This document shows positions 58,021-64,000 of a stretch of DNA of 64,000 nt, piece by piece. Under the pieces are notes generated by a model, which did not search any database, was not told the DNA's origin, and saw only the letters and a list, made by a program, of their open reading frames with translations. The stretch comes from Chlorobiota bacterium (lineage in GTDB: Bacteria; Bacteroidota; Bacteroidia; Flavobacteriales; Flavobacteriaceae), in assembly GCA_013153605.1 (NCBI GenBank), contig JAADED010000038.1, forward strand, positions 7,968 to 71,967. Direction: 5' to 3'. The translations under genes were made by a program, and so were the position numbers. Position 1 is the first letter of the stretch. Every line of letters starts with the position of its first letter.

Positions 58021-59331
58021 TCATTTTTCCTTGTCCTCGGGCGAAGGGCCGGGATAGGAACGTTTCCACATTTTTTCCAATGCTTCGCGGATTTTGCGCT
58101 CTCTGGCATTGTCGGCGGGGATGTAAAACACTTCGGGTTCCATGTGGGGCGGAAAGTAATGTTGGCGGACGAAATGCCCGGGAAAGCGGTGGGGGTTGCG
58201 ATAATCTTTGCCGGCTCCCGATTCTTTCATGAAACGGTTGGCGGCTTTGCGCAAATGGAGGGGTACCGGAAGGTGGGCCGTCTCTTTGGCGCGGGTCAAG
58301 GCGCGTTTGAGGCCCTTGTAGGAGGCGTTGCTTTTGGGCGAAGTGGCCAAATACACCGTCACTTGGGCCAATACGATTTGCCCTTCGGGCATACCGATTT
58401 TTTCCACCGATGCAAAACCCGCTTCGGCCACGGTGAGGGCTTGGGGATTGGCCATGCCCACGTCTTCGGCGGCCGAAATGATGAGTCGCCGGGCAATAAA
58501 GAGGGGATCTTCGCCCCCGTGAAGCATGCGGGCCAGCCAATAAAGGGCGGCGTCGGGATCGCTTCCGCGAATGGATTTGATAAATGCCGAAGCCATATCG
58601 TAATGCCAATCACCCTTTTTGTCGTACAAGCCGGGCATGTGTCGGGCCACCTCTTCGATTTGTTCGTCGGTAACGGGTTCGTTTCCGGCCGCGGCGGCCA
58701 CGGCTTCCAACAGGTTGAGCATGCGGCGGGCGTCGCCTCCGCTCAAGGCTATGAGTTTGTCGGGATTTTGAAGTCGTATGTTTTTGGATTTCATCACCGG
58801 ATCTTCCTTGAGAGCCCGGTCCAGCACGCGGCGAAGGGCTTGTTCGTCCAAAGGACGGACCGCCAAAGTGTGCATGCGGGAAAGCAAGGCGTTGTTTACT
58901 TCGAAACCCGGGTTTTCGGTGGTGGCGCCGATCAGGATGATTTGGCCCGTTTCCACCGCATGAAGAAGGGCGTCCTGTTGGGCTTTGTTGAATCGGTGGA
59001 TTTCGTCGATGAACACCACGGGTGCCGGAAAGAGGCTTCCTTTGGGATGTTTGTCCAATATTTGTTTGATGTCCTTGACCCCGGCGCTCACGGCACTGAG
59101 GCGGTAAAAGGGGCGTCCCGTGAGGTCGGCGATGATTTTGGCCAGGGTGGTCTTGCCCGTCCCCGGCGGTCCGTAAAAAAGGAGGGAGGGGAGGAAATTT
59201 TCTTTGAGCATGCGGGTAAGGATCCCGTCCGGACCCGTCAGGTGGGGTTGGCCCTCCACCTCTTCGAGGCGGCGGGGACGCATGCGTTCGGCAAGGGGTG
59301 TGTAATCGGTCATCAGAACAAATTTACGCAT
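58021..59331 (-). CDS. rarA: Replication-associated recombination protein A (RarA/MgsA AAA+ ATPase)
   Basis: LAERMRPRRLEEV.GQ.HL, GPPGTGKTT, FIDEIHRFNK.QQD, and the C-terminal MgsA domain YDMASAFIKS.RGSDPDAALYWLARML. Confidence 0.92.
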   Translation of the reverse strand: MRKFVLMTDYTPLAERMRPRRLEEVEGQPHLTGPDGILTRMLKENFLPSLLFYGPPGTGKTTLAKIIADLTGRPFYRLSAVSAGVKDIKQILDKHPKGSLFPAPVVFIDEIHRFNKAQQDALLHAVETGQIILIGATTENPGFEVNNALLSRMHTLAVRPLDEQALRRVLDRALKEDPVMKSKNIRLQNPDKLIALSGGDARRMLNLLEAVAAAAGNEPVTDEQIEEVARHMPGLYDKKGDWHYDMASAFIKSIRGSDPDAALYWLARMLHGGEDPLFIARRLIISAAEDVGMANPQALTVAEAGFASVEKIGMPEGQIVLAQVTVYLATSPKSNASYKGLKRALTRAKETAHLPVPLHLRKAANRFMKESGAGKDYRNPHRFPGHFVRQHYFPPHMEPEVFYIPADNARERKIREALEKMWKRSYPGPSPEDKEK

Positions 59332-59390
59332 TATTCGCCGGACGGCGGTTTGATTCTTTTTTCCGATTTTTGTGCCAAACTACGCGGCGG

Positions 59391-61643
59391 ATGGATTTGA
59401 AAAAATTGCTCAATCCCGCACAATGGGAAGCCGTCATGCACGACGACGGGCCCGCCATGATCGTGGCCGGCGCAGGGTCGGGCAAAACCCGGGTGCTCAC
59501 TTACAGGATCGCCCGCCTCATGCTCGAAGGCACCGACCCTTTTCGCATTCTGGCCCTCACTTTTACCAACAAAGCGGCCCGCGAGATGAAAGAACGCATT
59601 GCCGCCGTGGTGGGCGAAAGCCGGGCCAAAAACATATGGATGGGCACTTTCCACTCCATCTTCGCCCGCATCCTCCGCCTCGAAGCCGACAAATTGGGAT
59701 ATACTTCGAGTTTTACCATCTACGACAAAGACGACAGCCAAAAGGCGGTAACTTCGGTCATCAAAGAATTGGGATTGGACAAGGAAATTTACAAACCCCG
59801 CCAGGTGCTCAACCGGATTTCGGCCCTCAAAAATCGGCTGATCACGCCGGACAAATACGGTGATTACGTGGAGTTAATCAACGAGGACGTCCAAAGACGC
59901 CAGCCGGATTTTATCCGTATTTACCATCGCTATAACGACCTCCTCTTTCGCCGCAACGTGATGGACTTCGACGACCTTTTGCTCAAAACCAACGAATTGT
60001 TCGAAAAATACCCCGAAATTTTGGGACAATACCAACGGCGGTTCGAGCACATCATGGTGGACGAATTTCAGGATACCAATTATTCGCAATACCGCATTGT
60101 GCGGGCGTTGGCGGATTTTTATCAAAACCTCACCGTAGTGGGCGACGACAGCCAAAGCATTTATTCGTTTCGCGGAGCCGAAGTCAAACATTTTTTGAAC
60201 TTCATGCGCGAATTTCCGGGAGTAACCGTTTATCGGCTCGAGCGTAACTATCGCTCCACCAAGCACATCGTGAAAGCCAGCAACTCCCTGATCGCCCACA
60301 ACAAATACGGGCTGAAAAAAGAATTGTGGACCGAAAACGAGGAGGGCGAGAAAATCCGCATCATGGCCCTCTCGGGCGACCGGTCCGAAGCGTCGTGGAT
60401 TGCCCGCGATTTGATTCGCCGGCTGGAACAAAAAGGTCTTCGCTATTCCGATGCCGTGGTGTTATACCGCACCAACGCCCAATCCCGCCCTTTGGAAGAC
60501 GCCTTCCGCGCTTACGGCATTCCTTATCGCATTTACGGAGGCATTTCCTTTTACCAAAGGCGTGAAATCAAAGACGTGTTGGCCTATTTGCGCTTGCTGG
60601 TCAATCCGCGGGATGACGAAGCTTTTCTCCGCATTATCAATTTTCCGGCTCGCGGGATCGGTAAGAAAACGTTGGAAACCCTCAGCGTCCTGGCCGACCG
60701 CCACGGTCTCTCCCTCTACGAATTGACGCAAGACATCGACCGCCTGGCCGGCGGTATGCTTAATGCCCGGGCCCGAAACAAGCTCAAGGATTTTGCGGTG
60801 ATGATGGAACACTTCCGCATCCGCGCCCGCGAATTGCCGGTGGACGAGCTGGCCAAAGCCGTTATCAAGCGCACCGGCCTGTTGGAGGCTTACCGCAAGG
60901 AATACGACGTGGATGCCGATCGCCATATCGAAAACGTGGAAGCATTGGTGAACGCCATGCGTGAATTCGTGGAAAGCCAGTCCGAATTGGCCGACGGCGA
61001 CCCGGGATTGGAACGTTTCTTGTCGGAAGTGGCCCTCCAAACCGACATGGACATGGCCGACGATGACGAAAATGCGGTTACCCTCATGACCTTGCACATG
61101 TCCAAGGGGTTGGAATTTCCCGTGGTGTACATCTCGGGATTGGAGGAGGGCCTTTTACCCGCGGGCGTGACCATGTTCGACCGCGAAAATTTGGAAGAAG
61201 AGCGACGCCTGATGTACGTGGGCATGACGCGTGCAAAAAAATTGTGTACCCTCACCTATGCACGCAGCCGCATGCGGTGGGGTACCGTGTACGAGAGCGA
61301 ACCCAGCCGCTTTTTGAGCGAAATCGACGAGGCGCACGTGCAATGGTTGCGCCAGCCGCCGGCCGATTCCCCGCCGGCACCGGCCGAGCCCGCTTCTCCC
61401 GCCCGTAGGGGCATTTCCCGCACCATCCGCCCTTCGAACCTGAAGCCTCTGAAACGGGCCGCCAAAGGAGGAGCTCCACCCGTCCGCTTGGCCGAAGGGG
61501 ACCGCGTGCGCCACGAACGATTCGGAAACGGCACGGTCAAAAAAGTGGTGCTCGACGGCGAGAATTCCAAAGCCACCGTCGAGTTCGATTATTCGGGTAC
61601 CAAAGTGCTCCTCCTCCGCTTTGCCAAACTCACCCGCCTTTAA
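59391..61643 (+). CDS. pcrA: ATP-dependent DNA helicase, UvrD/PcrA/Rep family
   Basis: LNPAQWEAV, AGAGSGKT, TFTNKAA.EM, VDEFQDTN, NYRS and VTLMT.H.SKGLEF.VV motifs. The C-terminal Tudor-like block is GDRVRHERFGNGTV. The ATG at 59391 is preferred over the ORF-track start. Confidence 0.92.
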   Translation: MDLKKLLNPAQWEAVMHDDGPAMIVAGAGSGKTRVLTYRIARLMLEGTDPFRILALTFTNKAAREMKERIAAVVGESRAKNIWMGTFHSIFARILRLEADKLGYTSSFTIYDKDDSQKAVTSVIKELGLDKEIYKPRQVLNRISALKNRLITPDKYGDYVELINEDVQRRQPDFIRIYHRYNDLLFRRNVMDFDDLLLKTNELFEKYPEILGQYQRRFEHIMVDEFQDTNYSQYRIVRALADFYQNLTVVGDDSQSIYSFRGAEVKHFLNFMREFPGVTVYRLERNYRSTKHIVKASNSLIAHNKYGLKKELWTENEEGEKIRIMALSGDRSEASWIARDLIRRLEQKGLRYSDAVVLYRTNAQSRPLEDAFRAYGIPYRIYGGISFYQRREIKDVLAYLRLLVNPRDDEAFLRIINFPARGIGKKTLETLSVLADRHGLSLYELTQDIDRLAGGMLNARARNKLKDFAVMMEHFRIRARELPVDELAKAVIKRTGLLEAYRKEYDVDADRHIENVEALVNAMREFVESQSELADGDPGLERFLSEVALQTDMDMADDDENAVTLMTLHMSKGLEFPVVYISGLEEGLLPAGVTMFDRENLEEERRLMYVGMTRAKKLCTLTYARSRMRWGTVYESEPSRFLSEIDEAHVQWLRQPPADSPPAPAEPASPARRGISRTIRPSNLKPLKRAAKGGAPPVRLAEGDRVRHERFGNGTVKKVVLDGENSKATVEFDYSGTKVLLLRFAKLTRL

Positions 61644-64000
61644 TTGCTTTTCCACATCAGGCTGAGGTAATAGATGCTTCCCACTTTACCCGTTCCGGGA
61701 GCCACCACATAGTCGGGACCGAAAATGTTGGTACCTCCGGCTTTGAGCAATAGGTTATGGCGCGGAATGCGGTAGGCCAATACGGCGTCCACCGTGGTGC
61801 GGGGCGGTACGGGCCCGGTGGCGAAGCTGGATTCCCATATGTATCCGTCCATTCGCAAGATGCTCATGCTCGCCGTCAGCCGGGGATAGATGTCGCGGGC
61901 GGTGAGAATCAGCTTATAGGTGTTTTCCGGCGTGTTGAAATAAGTGGTGTAATCGGGGTAACGCTCGCGGTCGAACAGGAGCTTGGCATAGCTGTAAATG
62001 AAATCGGCTTCCCATCGGTCCGCCGCGGCATGGAGGTGCATGTCGAACCCGCGGGAACGGACGGGTACGTCCACATTGGTGAATACGCCGAAAATACGAT
62101 AGGCACCCAATCCGAGCGCTCTCAGGCCCGTGCTGTCGTGCACGCTTCCGTATGAGGAAGGGATGCCCACCACGGCCTGTTGGGTGATGAAATTTTGATA
62201 ATCGTTGAAGTAATAAACCAGGTCCGCATCCAGCCATTCTTTAAGCTTGCCGCGATAGCCGATTTCGATGGAGCGTATTTTTTCGGGTCCCAACGGCTTG
62301 ATGTCGGCCGCTTCGAGCACGGTCGGGTCCCAAGTGGCGGCAAATGCCAGGAACGAGGCCAACGTGTAGGAATTGGTATAGGCATCCCGCCCGGTGATGG
62401 TGTAGGGTTGTTGGTGATTGTCGAGCCATTGTTCGCGGTAGCGGTCCCAGTTGGCCGGATGGGCGCCCACCAGCGAGGCCCGGCCTACGTCCAGCCCGAT
62501 ATACCAGTCCTGAGTGGTGGGATTGCGGAAACCCGTTTGGTAGGCGATGCGGAAGGCATGGGCGCGGTCGGCATCGGGCATGACCACCACCGCCAGGCGA
62601 GGGGAGAGGTTGGGCGTGAACCGGTCCTGGCGATCGTAGCGGAGCGAAGCCGACACTTTGGCGTGTTTGTCAAACAATTTTTGAATGTATTGCACGTAGG
62701 CTCCCACTTCCCGGATATGAATGGGCCCGTCGTAGTCGGTAAAGATGGTGCCGTCGGAACGCAAGTTGAATTGGCGGTACGAGCCGCCCACTTGAAGGAG
62801 GCCTTGGGGAAACAGATTTCGGAAATCGTAGTTGCCTTCGGTATGGAAGAGCGAGGTGCGGTCGATAAAGCGGGCTCCTTGCGTAAAGCCCGGGGTGGAC
62901 GTTACTTGCACGAAGGCGCTGTCGAATTCGCGAGTGCCGGGGAGGAAACGGCCTCGGTCGGCATAGGCGCGGGCTTGGAGGTGGGCTTCATCTTCGCTCA
63001 GGCCCGCCCGTCGCGATACCACGTAGGCACCCGCATAATCGCGGAACCAGTCGTAGTCCGATTTCCATGCCCGGTTGATATGAATGGCGGCAAAACGCAT
63101 GTCGTAGCTCGATCCCGCATTTTCGCCGGTATAATAAGCGCGCACGAAGTAGTTGCGGTTGCGCAATTCCAGTTTGTGTTGGTGGATAATGAAGTCTTTT
63201 AAATTAAAGCGGTTGCTTCCCTGGTAAATGGTTTGTCCGCTTCCGAAACGCGATACCCACATAAGTTCCAGCGGATGGTCCTTGCCTTTGGGCCGGTGGT
63301 GGACGGCGAAATCGGTTTTGAAGGAGCGCGCCTTGTAATCGGTGAGGTATTCTTCTTCGTATCCCGTCCGCGATACGCGGATGATGCCCAATCCGAAAGC
63401 CGACAGGTCGATGTCGGTGGCCACCTCGTCGCCGTATACGTTCAATCCGTCGTAGGAGGGATTGCTCTCGCGCGAGCCCCGTTTGTCGGCATTGCGGGGA
63501 TGCATGTCGTAATCCGTATAATCTTTGGCCGTCCAATCGGTGGCGTCCAGGACGGAAAGGTTGAATTTCCACGCCCATTTACGCCCCGCCCGCGCATAGC
63601 GGACCGCCGCTTCGTGCAAGGGATGGATGCCGCCCCATTCCTGGCGGGTGATGCCGCTCTTGACCGATACCGACACGCCCGGATAGTCGAACGGATTTTT
63701 GCTTCGGATATAAATCAAGCCGTTAAAGGCATTGGCTCCGTACAGGGCCGACGACGTCCCGGGAAGGAGTTCCACCGACTCCACGTCCAGATCGCTGATG
63801 CCCACCAAATTTCCGAGCGGAAAATTCAAGGCCGGCGACGAATTGTCGATGCCGTCGATGATTTGAAGCATGCGATTGTTGGCAAAAGTGGCGAAACCCC
63901 GCGTATTAAGAGCCTGAAACGTGAGGCTGTTGGTATTGGCTTGTACCCCCCGGAGTTTGACCAGTTCGTCATAAAAGCTCGGCGCTACCGAGAGCTCCAC
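61640..64000 (-). CDS. TonB-dependent outer-membrane receptor (N-terminus beyond the window edge)
   Basis: The plug/barrel junction motifs VE.LPGTSSALYGANAFNG.I are present. A long beta-barrel follows, ending in an aromatic-rich C-terminus. The ORF is open to nt 64000. Confidence 0.85.
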   Translation of the reverse strand: MELSVAPSFYDELVKLRGVQANTNSLTFQALNTRGFATFANNRMLQIIDGIDNSSPALNFPLGNLVGISDLDVESVELLPGTSSALYGANAFNGLIYIRSKNPFDYPGVSVSVKSGITRQEWGGIHPLHEAAVRYARAGRKWAWKFNLSVLDATDWTAKDYTDYDMHPRNADKRGSRESNPSYDGLNVYGDEVATDIDLSAFGLGIIRVSRTGYEEEYLTDYKARSFKTDFAVHHRPKGKDHPLELMWVSRFGSGQTIYQGSNRFNLKDFIIHQHKLELRNRNYFVRAYYTGENAGSSYDMRFAAIHINRAWKSDYDWFRDYAGAYVVSRRAGLSEDEAHLQARAYADRGRFLPGTREFDSAFVQVTSTPGFTQGARFIDRTSLFHTEGNYDFRNLFPQGLLQVGGSYRQFNLRSDGTIFTDYDGPIHIREVGAYVQYIQKLFDKHAKVSASLRYDRQDRFTPNLSPRLAVVVMPDADRAHAFRIAYQTGFRNPTTQDWYIGLDVGRASLVGAHPANWDRYREQWLDNHQQPYTITGRDAYTNSYTLASFLAFAATWDPTVLEAADIKPLGPEKIRSIEIGYRGKLKEWLDADLVYYFNDYQNFITQQAVVGIPSSYGSVHDSTGLRALGLGAYRIFGVFTNVDVPVRSRGFDMHLHAAADRWEADFIYSYAKLLFDRERYPDYTTYFNTPENTYKLILTARDIYPRLTASMSILRMDGYIWESSFATGPVPPRTTVDAVLAYRIPRHNLLLKAGGTNIFGPDYVVAPGTGKVGSIYYLSLMWKSN

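Noticed and set aside
61640-61643. Convergent helicase and TonB-receptor genes overlap by 4 nt, with their stop codons overlapping in TTTAA
   Set aside because: This is real but trivial. The stops are overlapping complementary TAA codons, and there is no evidence of a functional element.

Overview
This is a 64 kb chromosomal segment from a Bacteroidota-type genome. Lineage evidence: T9SS C-terminal sorting domains, an XrtF exosortase, TAnnTTTG -7 promoter boxes, almost no Shine-Dalgarno use, and secY followed directly by infA. Most of the window is densely packed core genes. In order, it contains: (1) the accessory part of a clade-II-like nitrous-oxide reductase cluster (nosD, nosG-like, nosH-like, nosF, nosL, nosY; nosZ lies outside the window) followed by a pentapeptide-repeat lipoprotein; (2) rpmE (type B), a large T9SS cargo protein and a three-gene overlapping operon (GNAT-like, aminotransferase, Trp/Arg-rich secreted protein); (3) rplM-rpsI-rpsB-tsf; (4) queD, lpxH, tRNA-Asp(GTC) and a PP2C phosphatase; (5) an uninterrupted 33-gene str/S10/spc/alpha ribosomal-protein superoperon from rpsL to rplQ (17.6-34.3 kb); (6) a complete AmmeMemoRadiSam three-gene system; (7) three SurA/parvulin-type genes plus a MoxR ATPase; (8) a visibly AT-rich two-gene islet encoding an XRE HTH protein translationally coupled to a protein I read as SecB-like; (9) an SPFH-DUF4177-RHH mini-operon, a UvrA-family ATPase and a minus-strand DUF4199-GT2-peptidase C1 operon; (10) a secreted protein with a 15-residue Gly-rich solenoid repeat and a small T9SS partner; (11) a minimal synthase-dependent exopolysaccharide module (processive GT2 plus a TPR/beta-barrel protein) with an alpha/beta hydrolase, then trmB, xrtF, rarA, a PcrA/UvrD helicase and a truncated TonB-dependent receptor. 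I found no rRNA, CRISPR array, integrase or transposase. The most unusual elements are the toxin-less XRE + SecB-like pair, the function-unknown AmmeMemoRadiSam system, the SPFH-DUF4177-RHH operon, the solenoid/T9SS pair and the GT2 + TPR-barrel module. All functional calls come from reading motifs by eye. No database search or numerical computation was possible.
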